Below, one piece after another: positions 11,150 to 21,893 of a DNA stretch of 64,000 bases. Origin of the DNA: Candidatus Bathyarchaeota archaeon (lineage in GTDB: Archaea > Thermoproteota > Bathyarchaeia > Bathyarchaeales > Bathycorpusculaceae); assembly GCA_963782525.1 (NCBI GenBank), contig CAWAKC010000003.1, positions 352,001-416,000 on the forward strand, given 5' to 3'. A program made the position numbers and the translations under genes. The notes below the pieces were generated by a model. That model searched no databases. It saw nothing but the letters and a program-made list of their open reading frames with translations, and was not told the origin of the DNA. Position 1 is the stretch's first letter, and every line of letters begins with the position of its first letter.

Positions 11150-11450
11150 GCATTACTATTGTTCCTTCCGCAAGACAGGATTGCAGACTTGATAGTCCAC
11201 TCTTAGAAGAGGAAAAACGGCTGAATTCCTACTGCAAAGCCCGTTCTTCTTTCCAATAGGCTTAGAAAAGTTGGCTGAGTAAAAGAAGACATTACCCTGC
11301 TTCTTCTTTCAACTTTAAGCTAATTTACTGTTGGATTCACCAGTTAACGGGTAGAAGAAGAAGATTGTTGAATTGCCACTTCTTCTTCTTTCAAATGGTT
11401 TAAGTCGAAAGAACAACAAAAAACAAAATTTTTCAACTGTGTTGTTCTAG
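11150..11450. repeat. Triplet-arm inverted-repeat cluster 2 (four units)
   Basis: Units starting about 11205, 11281, 11353 (GAA/TTC) and 11409 (CAA/TTG). Confidence 0.85.
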
Positions 11451-11599
11451 AGAAGGAAATTACACGTGAATAACATAGCAAGGATCATTTTCTTCGGTTA
11501 ATTTAGGCAGAATCTTTTTCTGAGCTGGGATATAAATATGGATTATAAATTACCCAAGTAAACCACAGCAATCTTATCTTTTTTTTGTTTGCGGAACGT

Positions 11600-13636
11600 T
11601 CATGGTTGTAGGTCTTCTGTCTGGCAGAGGACATAAGCGGAGCGAGATGGCAGATAGATGCTGAGCATATTTTGACTTTTCCCTTCAGTGTTGTCTACGA
11701 TAGTGAAGTGAGCCTGCTGGGAGTCCAAGCGCCCGTGTCCTCCGTACTTTTGTGCATCACTGTCTAGTATCATCCGGTATTTTCCAGGAGGAGCTTCAAA
11801 TCGATAATCCGTAAAAGATTGATGGGGATTAAAATTGAAGGCAAAAATCAAATCAGCCCTCTTGAATATAATTACCTTTTGTGTGGAATCCTCATGCAGA
11901 AGTTGCAGGCCAGGTTTTTCAAGTAAGTGGTATGTCTTGGCCATTGCAATCATGTCGCGATCGAAAAGAGCCAGCAAATGATACTTTAGGCGGGGGTCGT
12001 CCGCGAGATGCCATTGTCTAAGAGCGTGTTTGAATGACCAGTTGTTTCCTTCGCGGGGAAAATCTATCCAGTCTGGATGGCCGAATTCGTTGCCCATGAA
12101 ATCTAGATAACCGTTGCTGGCAGTGCTCAGTGTTATCAGCCGAATCATCTTATGCAATGCTATTCCCCGATCGACCTTAGCGTTGTCATCATCGATCCCC
12201 ATGTGATGGTACATGTCTTCCCCGATTAGTCGGAAAATAAGTGTTTGGTCTCCCACTAATGCCTGGTCGTGAGATTCGGCGTAACTAATGGTTTTCTCAT
12301 CTGTTCTGCGGTTGGTAAGTTCGAACCAAAGATGCCCGGTGGGCCAGTCTTCATCTTTGTAATCTTTTATCAGGCGGATCCAGTAATCAGGCACTCCCAT
12401 GGCAAAGCGATAGTCAAAACCGAAACCGCCTTCTAATTGGGGAACAGCTAAGCCCGGCATGCCGCTGACATCTTCGGCTATGGTGATGGCGTCGGGTCGG
12501 ACAGCATGAATTATTCGATTAGCCAAGGCAAGATAGGTGAGGGCATCTTCATCCACACTGTCATCGAAGTAATCGTTGTATGAAGTGAATACTCTCTTGA
12601 GACCGTGTCCCAGGTAAATCATGCTGGTGACGCCATCAAACCGAAAGCCGTCAAAGTGGAATTCGTCTAGCCAATATCGGCAATTGGAAAGTAAAAAATG
12701 CAGAACCTGAGGTTTGCCGTAATCAAAGACGCGTGAATCCCATGCCTTGTGTTTTCCGCGTGGACCTTCATGAAAATATTGAAATAGTGTTCCGTCGAAG
12801 CGGCTTAGTCCTTCTACCTCGTTGGATACTGAGTGGGAATGGATTAGATCCATGGAGACGCTGAGCCCTTTGGCGTGAGCTGTATCGATGAGGAGTTTTA
12901 GATCCTCGGGCGTTCCGTACCGTGATGAAGAGGCGAAAAAGCTTGATACTTGATATCCAAATGAACCATAGTATGGATGTTCTTGAATGGCCATCAACTG
13001 TAACGTATTGTAGCCGGCGTCGACAATTCGAGGAAGCACCCTTAGAGTGAATTCTTGGAAGGACCCGATTTTTTCTTCTTCCTGTGCCATACCGATATGT
13101 GCTTCGTAAATGATAGGGGGTTCTTTAGGTCGTTTGAAATTGGGTTCTTTCCAACAATATGGCTGTGGTGGTGACCATACTTGGGCGTTGAAAATCAATG
13201 TTTTTGGATCTTGGACGACCCGTCGAGCGTATGCCGGGATACGATCGCCTTCGCCTTCTGCCCAATGAATACGGAGTCGATACAGATCGCCATGTTTCAG
13301 TTTGTTGACGGATAGGTGAATTTCCCAGACGCCATATTCGTCGAACCTTTTGAGCTCAAATTCTTTGCTCTCTTGCCATTTACTCATGTCGCCTATCAGG
13401 TAGATTGCTGTTGCGTTTGGAGCCCATTCCCGAAATACCCATTCTCCTCTTTGAAAATGTAGACCGAAGTATTCGTGGCCAGAGGCAAACTCTGATAGGC
13501 TCTTTTTACCCTGTGTAAGGCGATGTTCTGTTTCTTCGATATTTTCCAATCGGTGTCGAATCTGATCAGAAAATGGCGTGAGATAAGAATCGCTTTTCAG
13601 CAGGCGTATTAATCGGTTTTCAGGACCACTCATCAA
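11600..13636 (-). CDS. glgB: 1,4-alpha-glucan branching enzyme (GH13)
   Basis: FREWAPNA, YEAHIGM, YYGSFGYQV, DGFRFDGVTSM, AEDVSG, YAESHDQALVGD, FMGNEFGHP. Confidence 0.96.
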   Translation of the reverse strand: MMSGPENRLIRLLKSDSYLTPFSDQIRHRLENIEETEHRLTQGKKSLSEFASGHEYFGLHFQRGEWVFREWAPNATAIYLIGDMSKWQESKEFELKRFDEYGVWEIHLSVNKLKHGDLYRLRIHWAEGEGDRIPAYARRVVQDPKTLIFNAQVWSPPQPYCWKEPNFKRPKEPPIIYEAHIGMAQEEEKIGSFQEFTLRVLPRIVDAGYNTLQLMAIQEHPYYGSFGYQVSSFFASSSRYGTPEDLKLLIDTAHAKGLSVSMDLIHSHSVSNEVEGLSRFDGTLFQYFHEGPRGKHKAWDSRVFDYGKPQVLHFLLSNCRYWLDEFHFDGFRFDGVTSMIYLGHGLKRVFTSYNDYFDDSVDEDALTYLALANRIIHAVRPDAITIAEDVSGMPGLAVPQLEGGFGFDYRFAMGVPDYWIRLIKDYKDEDWPTGHLWFELTNRRTDEKTISYAESHDQALVGDQTLIFRLIGEDMYHHMGIDDDNAKVDRGIALHKMIRLITLSTASNGYLDFMGNEFGHPDWIDFPREGNNWSFKHALRQWHLADDPRLKYHLLALFDRDMIAMAKTYHLLEKPGLQLLHEDSTQKVIIFKRADLIFAFNFNPHQSFTDYRFEAPPGKYRMILDSDAQKYGGHGRLDSQQAHFTIVDNTEGKSQNMLSIYLPSRSAYVLCQTEDLQP

Positions 13637-13669
13637 AATACCTTATTCTGTTTAAAAGGCCTTCTGATG

Positions 13670-13966
13670 TCATGGGATGTACTCTGTAACAAACTCTTCT
13701 GCTTTTTCTGCAGACAGACAATCTGACAGATACATCTTAATGAGTTCTTTCAAAGCATTCCTTCGTAGTTCCTTGTTATGTTGGTTATTTGATGCGTCGT
13801 TGATTTGGCTATTTTGGTTGTTGATCCAGCTGCATGGATTGTTGATGTCATAATTTGGATTGTAGAGGTCACTTTTTGGATTATTCAGGCAGCTATTTGG
13901 ATTGTCGTCTTGTGTCTTCAAGTCTTTTACAATTCTTCTAAAAAGCGAACCGATTGTTTCAGGCAT
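13670..13966 (-). CDS. Small hypothetical protein with Asn-Pro heptad-like repeats
   Basis: DNPNSCL-NNPKSDL-YNPNYDI-NNPCSWI-NNQNSQI. Confidence 0.6.
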   Translation of the reverse strand: MPETIGSLFRRIVKDLKTQDDNPNSCLNNPKSDLYNPNYDINNPCSWINNQNSQINDASNNQHNKELRRNALKELIKMYLSDCLSAEKAEEFVTEYIP

Positions 13967-14022
13967 ACGAATGCTCCTTTGTGACTATTATATTCCTAAG
14001 GTAAAACATTCTTATTAGTCTA

Positions 14023-15269
14023 CTAGAGCAACGATTCGTAGATTTTTAGTGTCTCATCAGCAACTTTGCGCCACGTGAAGTAGTCTAGTACTCTTTTGCG
14101 TCCATTCTCGCCCCAGTTTCGGGCTTTTTCGGGGTTTCGCAGGGTCAATTTTATTCCCCAAGCTATGTCGACGGGATCTTCACCGTTAACATGCACCCCG
14201 TTCTGGTCCGGCCAGAGCTTAATACTTGTTCTCTGAAACCTACCACGCCGCGCGCGCCTACAACCACTGGTTTCTCCATTGCCATAGCCTCCAGGCTAAC
14301 TATTCCGAAGGGTTCATAGACGGAAGGAAATATACATACGTCCGAAGCGGCGTAATGCATAATTCGCTCAGATTCCGAAACAAAATCAAAGCGGCAAGCT
14401 ACGTTATTCTTAATGTTTAGCCTATCTGCTGTTTCAATTATGTCTTGTTCGTCCCCTTTGCCCAGAATAACAAGTTTAGTGTTAGGAAATTCCTTCAAGA
14501 CAGATGGCATTGCTAACAAAAGGTTTCTAGCGCCCTTTACCCAAGATAGCCTTCCAACGAACAGAAGCATGCTCCAGTCCTTTGGAACGCCATATTTTTC
14601 TCGAATCGCTTCAATGTCCTTTGGATCACATTTTGCCATATCGTAACGTTCAGGGTCCACGCCGTTCCAAACTGTGCTTATTTTTGATGGCTCCCAACCG
14701 TGCCTTACTAGATCTTGTTTCATGGCGAAACTAACAGTGATTATTCTGTCTGATTTTTGGGCCATGGCGTCTTCAAAATGTGACACTACTTCTGACCCTT
14801 GACCCTCGCTTCTTCCCCATTCAGTGCTGTGTGTATGGAAGACCACGGGGATTTTTGTTTCATTTTTTATTATGAGACCCGAAATACTGCTAAGCCAATC
14901 GTGTACACAGACAACATCAAAATGGTATTTCTCTTTTTTTATCAGACCATTAATGAATTTAGTCGCGCTGAGAATATTGTACATGAAAATGTCATTGAAG
15001 AATTTTATGTTGGTGCCCCATCTCTTTAAATCGTCAACCACGAAAAATGGAAAAACATTGCTCGCATCAGCAATCAAGGGCCGATGAACCTCCACACCTC
15101 TTATGATTTCTCTGGTTTTCAAATTGCCGCCAAAATTCAGTGTGAAGACTGAAACGTCATGTCCTAAGGCGATATATTCCTGTGTCACGTTTTCAGCATA
15201 TGTACCCAAGCCACCAACAATCGCTGGTGGGTACTCGTAAACAAAAAATCCAATTCTCAAAATGTTCAC
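14023..15269 (-). CDS. Glycosyltransferase family 4 (glycogen synthase-like), frameshift near 14210
   Basis: EYPPAIVGGLG, HDW, PSVYEPFGIVSLEAMA; C-terminus ..GRKRVLDYFTWRKVADETLKIYESLL* lies in another frame ending at 14023. Confidence 0.88.
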
Positions 15270-15474
15270 CTGAATAAAAGTTCCCGACTAATTTCTAATT
15301 GTATTCATAAGGTTCCAAGTACTTAAATGAACTATAATTTTCCCAGCTTTTCATTATGATTTGGTTCAAAACTAGTGTGTATACTGCTGATTGTTTTGTG
15401 TGTGTTTATTAAAAATATTTTTTAAAAAAAGAAATTTGTTTGGGAGTGTTATGATGCGTTTGTTTATCTCTTTT

Positions 15475-15648
15475 TTAGAGTTTTTCTGGGGCGCAGAGAT
15501 TTTCTGCTTTGGCAGCTGTACGATAGCATCCTTTGCAGATGTATTGCGCATCTTTCACAAGTGGCTTAATCTTTTCTATAGGTACTTTGTCCTCTACCAT
15601 TTTGCAGAGGTGATTTTCATGACCCGGATGAGGTTGTGCTTTTGACAA
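15475..15648 (-). CDS. 57-aa Cys/His-rich small protein (not in ORF track)
   Basis: Own translation MSKAQPHPGHENHLCKMVEDKVPIEKIKPLVKDAQYICKGCYRTAAKAENLCAPEKL*, TTG start preceded by AGGTGT. Confidence 0.7.
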   Translation of the reverse strand: MSKAQPHPGHENHLCKMVEDKVPIEKIKPLVKDAQYICKGCYRTAAKAENLCAPEKL

Positions 15649-15796
15649 AACTTACACCTAAACTACTGGTGCAGTATTGACAAATATACTATTGTGATTG
15701 TGTTTAAGCAACCACATCGTTCTTAGATAAATTGAAAGTTTTAGCCCCAGTGCCATTTCGGATGGTTGGTTTATCAAGGAGAATACCTTGTAAAAC

Positions 15797-15990
15797 CTAA
15801 CTTCTCAAATAAAACAAGAAGAACGGGTGATTTCCTACGGCATGTTTTTCTTCTTCTTTCACCCAAACATGATCATAGAGCAAATGTGAGTTTTTAGGAG
15901 CAAGAATTTTTATCGGTCCCAAGTTATGATTTTTTAGGGTGTATCCAGTCTCTAAAAGAAACAACAAGACACTTTTTCTAAAAAATATTC
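15797..15990. repeat. Triplet-arm inverted-repeat cluster 3
   Basis: GAAGAACGGGTGATTTCCTACGGCATGTTTTTCTTCTTCTTTC, nearly identical to about 21656-21699. Confidence 0.8.
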
Positions 15991-16094
15991 TTAGGCAATA
16001 TTCAATTAATCAATTCAACCACCCGGATTGTTGGCAATAATTAAATAATTTTATGTTACTGTGTGTTATGTGAAGTAATTGGAGGGCTGCTTCA

Positions 16095-16331
16095 ATGGTG
16101 AAAAATGTTATCGATTTAAACGAAAGGGACAGCCGAGTAATCAACATAGTTAAAGCGAAGTATGGGCTCAAAGATAAAAGCCAAGCTTTGAGCGTAATTA
16201 TCCAGCGTTATGAAGAGTGTGAACTTGAACCCCAGCTTAGACCCGAGTTTGTGAAGGAAATAGAGGACACATTTAAGAACGGTAAATTTGTCAAGGTTAA
16301 GAATTTCGCGGAAGAGATCGGGCTAAAGTGA
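16095..16331 (+). CDS. DUF2683-family putative antitoxin
   Basis: INIVKAKYGLKDKSQAL..LEPQLRPEFV; RBS GGAGG upstream. Confidence 0.75.
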   Translation: MVKNVIDLNERDSRVINIVKAKYGLKDKSQALSVIIQRYEECELEPQLRPEFVKEIEDTFKNGKFVKVKNFAEEIGLK

Positions 16332-16366
16332 TTGCTTGTACAGCCTTGAAATCGAGGAAGAGAGAA

Positions 16367-16765
16367 ATGACCAAAGAAGAGGTTTACAAAGACTACGGCA
16401 TGTTCAGCGGTGTCAAAAGTAGGTTAAAAACCAAAACACGAAGACCCCCAAAGAAACTAAAACAGTGTTCCAAATGCGGCAGAGTAGGCGACGCAATGAC
16501 GAAACATTCACTCACAGGCGAACATAAGCCACCTTTCATATGGCTGTGCAGACAACCGTGCCACGACGAAGTGCACAAGTTTGGCATAAAAATGACTAAA
16601 GAAGAAAAAGCAGCACTAAAGCGGCAGCCACCATGCAGCGTACAATTTCCCACAAAAGACAACATTGCCAATCCATATACAAAACTAATTGAGCCTGAAT
16701 CGCTGGAAGGGGAAAAATTCAAGCAGTCATTCAAGCGAATAAACTCTGAAAATGAAGAAACATAA
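16367..16765 (+). CDS. Small Zn-binding HNH-like protein
   Basis: CSKC..KHSLTGEH..IWLCRQPCHDEVH; ATG at 16367 preferred over GTG at 16328. Confidence 0.5.
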   Translation: MTKEEVYKDYGMFSGVKSRLKTKTRRPPKKLKQCSKCGRVGDAMTKHSLTGEHKPPFIWLCRQPCHDEVHKFGIKMTKEEKAALKRQPPCSVQFPTKDNIANPYTKLIEPESLEGEKFKQSFKRINSENEET

Positions 16766-17297
16766 TAAAAAAGCTGAAAAACAAGTAAAACAATTAACAT
16801 TTTCCAATAGGCTTACACATAGAAAGTCGGCTCAGTTGGGAATTCGAGAAAACCGCAGAGAAAGAAAAATCGTTTGCTGCACAGGGAATTTTTTGGCGCG
16901 CTAGATCGGTTAATAGCCCTTCATATCGGAGGGTGTAGGCGCCGATGTTGCTTTCATAAACAAGCCATATAATCAAAAACTGTTTTTAAGATTATCCTTA
17001 ACTTGTCAGCTATTGATAAAAAGATTAGAGTAAGGTTGTGATGCCCGTTGAAGCTACTTTGAGCTAGTTCGTCTGCGTACTATCTCTGCAGAGGTATTCT
17101 TGTCTGGTAGGGGATTTGTTGATATTGCTTTTACGTCTTTTGCTAATTTGGGTGCGGTTTTATCGCTTTTATTCATATAGCCATCCTCATTTGCAGATGT
17201 GCTTTCTAAGTATTTAAGCGATTGATTAGAGCAGTCTTATATATCAAGTCAGCGCAGACTATCCGCTAAACTACACCCATAAATAGTCAGCTTTAGT

Positions 17298-17682
17298 CGT
17301 TAGAAGAAGAAAAACGGCGTTTTCCTAACCGAAAAATGACCATTTTTTCTTCAGATAAAAGACCTTATCGTTTTTCGAGCATCCTGTTAATTAAAAACAT
17401 TCAATTATAACATCGCCTGCACAATACTTGTATTATTCTTCAAGTTATTTTTTGATTGAGTTCTAGTAGTAGTCGACTTTGCTGCAAATTTCACTTCGAC
17501 AACTACTTCTCTTGATTTAAGAACTTTTTTTTATCGATTACTTTGCTATGTGTTTCAAAAATGTATACTTAGTAGAAGAAGCGCGATTTTTTTAATCTTC
17601 TTCTTTTGACCCATGATCCTTTGGCGCATAGCTTGCTTCTGGTAAAGTCAAGGTAGAAGTTGTTGTTCCTCCTAAAATTTTC
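17298..17682. repeat. Triplet-arm inverted-repeat cluster 4; includes a ~215-bp direct repeat shared with 21241-21456
   Basis: Units at about 17301, 17465 (TAG/CTA) and 17571, half site at about 17654. Confidence 0.88.
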
Positions 17683-17881
17683 TCCTATAACAAATACTAA
17701 GGTACGCGAAAATCGACTGTTGATATGTCCGAAACACAAAGAGATAAATCCAAATTTCAATATATAATAATTAATTCTGCGAAACTATTTCATGGTCTTA
17801 GTTCCGCATTTGTTAATTCAACGGGGTTTGTTTCTCAAGCTCAATTTCTAAGCAGATCAAAAAAGGTCAAAAGAACATTAG

Positions 17882-20800
17882 ATGAAAAATATGAAAAAAT
17901 TACAAAGCTTAATAATCGTACTCATAGTTTTTTTGTCAATCGGCACACTTGCTAGTATGCCAGCCAAAGCTCAAACAAACACTCTTTCTCAATTTGTCTT
18001 TAATACTCTGAGTACTCCTCAGACTGCTGGTTCTGTTTTCACTATAACGATAACGGCTAAGACTCCAAACGGAAACACCTATACAAGCTACACCGGAATT
18101 AACACTTTAACAGTGTCTTCAGGCACGATTACTCCAACTACCACAACCGCCTTCGTAGCAGGCGTCTGGACTGGCCAAGTAAAACTCTCTCAAGCAGGAA
18201 CAGGCATTTCAATCTCAACCAGCGGTTCCGGCAAATCAGGAACAACTAACAAAATCACTGTTAATCCGGGAGCTCTAGACCGTTATATCTTTAGCACTAT
18301 TAGCAGTCCACAAACCGCAGGAAAAGCTTTCAGCATTACGATAACCGCTAAAGATGCAAACAGCAACACAGTTACAAGTTACACTGGAACCAACACTCTA
18401 ACAGCGTCTTTGGGAACGATTACCCCAATAAGTACTTCTGCATTTGTTGGAGGCGTCTGGACAGGGTCCGTTTCACTTTCTGTATCTAGTTCAGGAACTA
18501 CAATCGGTACATCCGGTTCTTCAAAGTCCGGAACAAGCAACTCGTTCAATGTTAATGCGGGGGCTCTTGACCATTTCATTTTTAGCAGTATTGGCATACA
18601 GACAGTAGGCAGTGCTTTCGGCATAACCATTACGGCTAAAGATGCAAGTGGAAACACAGTCACGAGTTATACAGGAACTAACACTTTATCGGCGTCTGCA
18701 GGAACGATAAGTCCAACCAGCACCGGAAAATTTTCATCAGGCATCTGGACAGGTTCAGTAACTCTATCTGCAGCAGGTTCAGCTATTACAATTAGTACAT
18801 CTGGTTCTTCTAAATTAGCAACAAGCAATTCTTTCACTGTTAATTCGCTATCTCTTGACCATTACGTCTTTAATACTATTAGTACCCCCCAGACAGTGGG
18901 TTCCTCTTTCACCATAACAATAACAGCTAAAGCCTCAAACGGAAACACACTTACCAGCTACACTGGAAGACCGACTTTGAGTGTTTCAACTGGAACGATA
19001 AATCCAACCGTCACTGGCGCCTTCTCGAATGGTGTTTGGACAGGTACAGTTACGACGACTATTGCAGGTTCAGACTTAACTATTATGGCTACTGATGGGA
19101 GCCATTCTGGGACGAGTAACCCGTTTAATGTGAATTCGGGTGCCGCTAATCGTTTGGTGGTTTCAAGTGGGACTTCTCAGGTTGTGGGTGTCGCTTTTTC
19201 CGTAACAGTTACGGCTAAAGATGCATATGGAAACACAGCAACAAGCTACACGGGCAGAGTTCATTTTAGCTCTTCCGACGCTGGATCCGGGGTTAGTTTG
19301 CCAAATGATTACAAGTTCCAACCCGGTGATCTTGGAATCCACACCTTCACTAACGGCGTTACATTGATAACGGTTGCCACAGGTGTCTCGTTTACTGCAA
19401 CTGATACGGTGACTGGCTCGATTGCAGGTTCGCAAACTGGCATCACGGTGACTCGAGCTAGCGTTGTTAATGTTGTGGTTTCTCCTTCTGGCTCATCAGT
19501 TACAGCTGGGTCATCCAATACATATTCAGCAACGGCTTTAGACGCCTATGGTAATACTTGGGATATTACTTCTTTGATTACTTGGAGCATAAGTCCTGAG
19601 GCTGGAGGCTCCTGGAGCGGCAACGTTTTCACTTCTGCGGTTGCTGGTTCATGGACAGTTACAGGAACCTATGCCTCCACAGCTTACACTACCGGATTGA
19701 CAGTGAACCCTGCTGGTCTTGACCATTTTATCTTCAACACTGTTACACCTCAGATAACAGGTTCACCTTTTAACATAACGATTACAGCAAAAGACACGTT
19801 TAACAACACAGCTACAAGCTATACAGGTCAGCCGTCTTTGACATATTCTGCAGGGTCGATTAGTCCAGCTAATATGGATCCTTTTGTTAGCGGTGTAGGA
19901 TCCACTTCAGTTACAGTAAGTATTGCTGGTTTAAACGTTACAATTAAAGCTACTGATAGTACTTCCTTTGGAACAAGTAACTCTTTTTCGGTAAATCCCG
20001 CTATTTCTGCATCTGCAGGTGCCGGCGGCGTTATCAATCCTACTGGAAACGTAAGCGTCAACTATTTCGGCAGTCAAAGCTTCAACATTACAGCCAACAC
20101 TGGCTACTCTATTGTCGATGTAATTGCAGATAACATTTCTCTCGGACCAGTTTCAACTTACACCTTCACAGGTGTTCAGGCAACTCACATGATTACAGCT
20201 ATCTTTGCGATTAATACTTTCAATATTTCTGTCTCTGCTGGAGCAGGCGGCTCTATCAGTCCTAGCGGATCTGTTAGCGTTAACTATGGTGACAGTCAAA
20301 CTTTCAATATAACCGCCAACGCCGATTATCACATAGTTGATGTCTTGGTGAATGCAAGTTCAGTTGGCGCTGTTAACTCGTACACCTTCATTAACCTTCA
20401 GAGCCCAAATACCATCTCTGCAATATTTGCTCCAACACCAACGTCCACACCTTCACCAACAACCACTCAGAATTCTGCTCCCACCCAAACACCTAAACCT
20501 ATAGATGCTCCAACTGAAACGCCATCACCAACGCCAAAACCCTCTCCAACTCCGTTGCCAACAGCCGTACCCGCTAAGACAGATAACGGGGCAACAGTTG
20601 AGCTTGCAATCAATGGAAATATTACTAGTTCACAAATATCCAACGCTGCAATCACAACAAACCAAACTACTGCAACAACCACAGTGTCCTTCACAATAAC
20701 AGGAACAAACGGATCAGTAGGTTTGGGCAATATGACTATTCCAAAAACCGCTATACAGCTCGGAATATCCCCAGTCATTTACATAGACGGCCAGCAAGCC

Positions 20801-21019
20801 TCAAATCAGGGTTACACACAAGACAGCAACAACTTTTACGTATGGTTCACTACGCAATTTAGTGCCCATCAAATGGCAATTCAATTTACAGTACCTTCAA
20901 CCTCGAAAGCATCATCATCTTTGTCTGTATTTGCCGTTCTATTGACCGTTCCCGAAATCGTTTTAATCTATACGGTAATAGCCATCCGTCGCCTAAGACG
21001 AAAACCTGAAAATACATAA
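17882..21019 (+). CDS. Large Thr/Ser-rich cell-surface protein with tandem Ig-like repeats, PT linker and C-terminal TM anchor
   Basis: At least five repeats LDHF.F.TI..PQT.GS.F.ITITAKD..GNT.TSYTG; two ISASAGAGG.I.P.G.VSVNY repeats; TM and RRLRRK tail. Confidence 0.88.
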   Translation: MKNMKKLQSLIIVLIVFLSIGTLASMPAKAQTNTLSQFVFNTLSTPQTAGSVFTITITAKTPNGNTYTSYTGINTLTVSSGTITPTTTTAFVAGVWTGQVKLSQAGTGISISTSGSGKSGTTNKITVNPGALDRYIFSTISSPQTAGKAFSITITAKDANSNTVTSYTGTNTLTASLGTITPISTSAFVGGVWTGSVSLSVSSSGTTIGTSGSSKSGTSNSFNVNAGALDHFIFSSIGIQTVGSAFGITITAKDASGNTVTSYTGTNTLSASAGTISPTSTGKFSSGIWTGSVTLSAAGSAITISTSGSSKLATSNSFTVNSLSLDHYVFNTISTPQTVGSSFTITITAKASNGNTLTSYTGRPTLSVSTGTINPTVTGAFSNGVWTGTVTTTIAGSDLTIMATDGSHSGTSNPFNVNSGAANRLVVSSGTSQVVGVAFSVTVTAKDAYGNTATSYTGRVHFSSSDAGSGVSLPNDYKFQPGDLGIHTFTNGVTLITVATGVSFTATDTVTGSIAGSQTGITVTRASVVNVVVSPSGSSVTAGSSNTYSATALDAYGNTWDITSLITWSISPEAGGSWSGNVFTSAVAGSWTVTGTYASTAYTTGLTVNPAGLDHFIFNTVTPQITGSPFNITITAKDTFNNTATSYTGQPSLTYSAGSISPANMDPFVSGVGSTSVTVSIAGLNVTIKATDSTSFGTSNSFSVNPAISASAGAGGVINPTGNVSVNYFGSQSFNITANTGYSIVDVIADNISLGPVSTYTFTGVQATHMITAIFAINTFNISVSAGAGGSISPSGSVSVNYGDSQTFNITANADYHIVDVLVNASSVGAVNSYTFINLQSPNTISAIFAPTPTSTPSPTTTQNSAPTQTPKPIDAPTETPSPTPKPSPTPLPTAVPAKTDNGATVELAINGNITSSQISNAAITTNQTTATTTVSFTITGTNGSVGLGNMTIPKTAIQLGISPVIYIDGQQASNQGYTQDSNNFYVWFTTQFSAHQMAIQFTVPSTSKASSSLSVFAVLLTVPEIVLIYTVIAIRRLRRKPENT

Positions 21020-21169
21020 CTTAATTTAAATCATTAAAAATTCAAAGATACCCATTGCGAGATGCCCATTGCTGCATAACTGTTAAATGCATTAATTCTT
21101 TTTCAAAGTTAAAAGGAATTTTTTTTCCAAGCAACACAATTTTTTCTTTCAAACGTGGCAGCGTCCAGT

Positions 21170-21765
21170 ACTCTCAAGAGAAGAACAATAGTTGAAATAA
21201 CACGTGTTATTGTTCTCGCAGTCTGGCATTGAGCTTTGGAAGTAGTAGTCGATTGTGCAAATTTCAACTAGGTTACTATTTCTCTTATTTGAAGAACTTT
21301 TTTACCGATTACTTTGCAATGTGCTTCAAAATGTATAATTAACTTAGTAGAAGTGCAATTTTTTCAATCTTCTTCTTCTTTTGACCCCTGATCCTTTGGC
21401 GCATAACTTTCTTTTGGCAAGTTCAAGGTAGAAGTTGTTGTCCACTCTAAAAATTCACCCGTTCAACTTCTACCACTCTGAAATTCATTCGTCAAAACAA
21501 TCTCGTTAGAAGAAGTAGTGCACCCCTTTTTCTGCAAAGCGCACTACAACTTCTATAATGAAAAGAAAAAAACCCCAAAGCTTAGAAGAAGAAAAAACTG
21601 CTTCCAACAGAATTTAATTTTTTTTTCTATCAATAAAGCTAACTTCTCCAATAGAAGAAGAACGGGTGATTTCCTACTGCATGTTTTTCTTCTTCTTTCC
21701 AACAAGCCCAAAACGCTCACGCAACTAAAAGAAGAAGACGCTATCAATTTCTTGTTCTTTCAATT
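21170..21765. repeat. Triplet-arm inverted-repeat cluster 5 (about seven units)
   Basis: Units at about 21180, 21241, 21346, 21508, 21584, 21653, 21730. Confidence 0.9.
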
Positions 21766-21893
21766 AGGGCCAATTCAAAGCACAGCTAAATTTTTGAAGA
21801 AGCTGCTCACCTTTTTTTGCGGCAGGGCAACAAGTAGGATCGGCGCGGTTAGTAATAGGAAGAATCTCGACAATTCGTTACCTTTTTGAAGAT

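Noticed and set aside
20940-21019. VPE motif as an archaeosortase (PEF-CTERM-like) signal
   Set aside because: The motif sits inside the hydrophobic stretch and lacks the F; too weak to call
21518-21889. ORFs over repeat clusters (also 9441-9641, 17569-17760, 30908-31247, 39964-40165, 40357-40593)
   Set aside because: Low-complexity translations of GAA/TTC/CAA arms; frames are not conserved between homologous clusters
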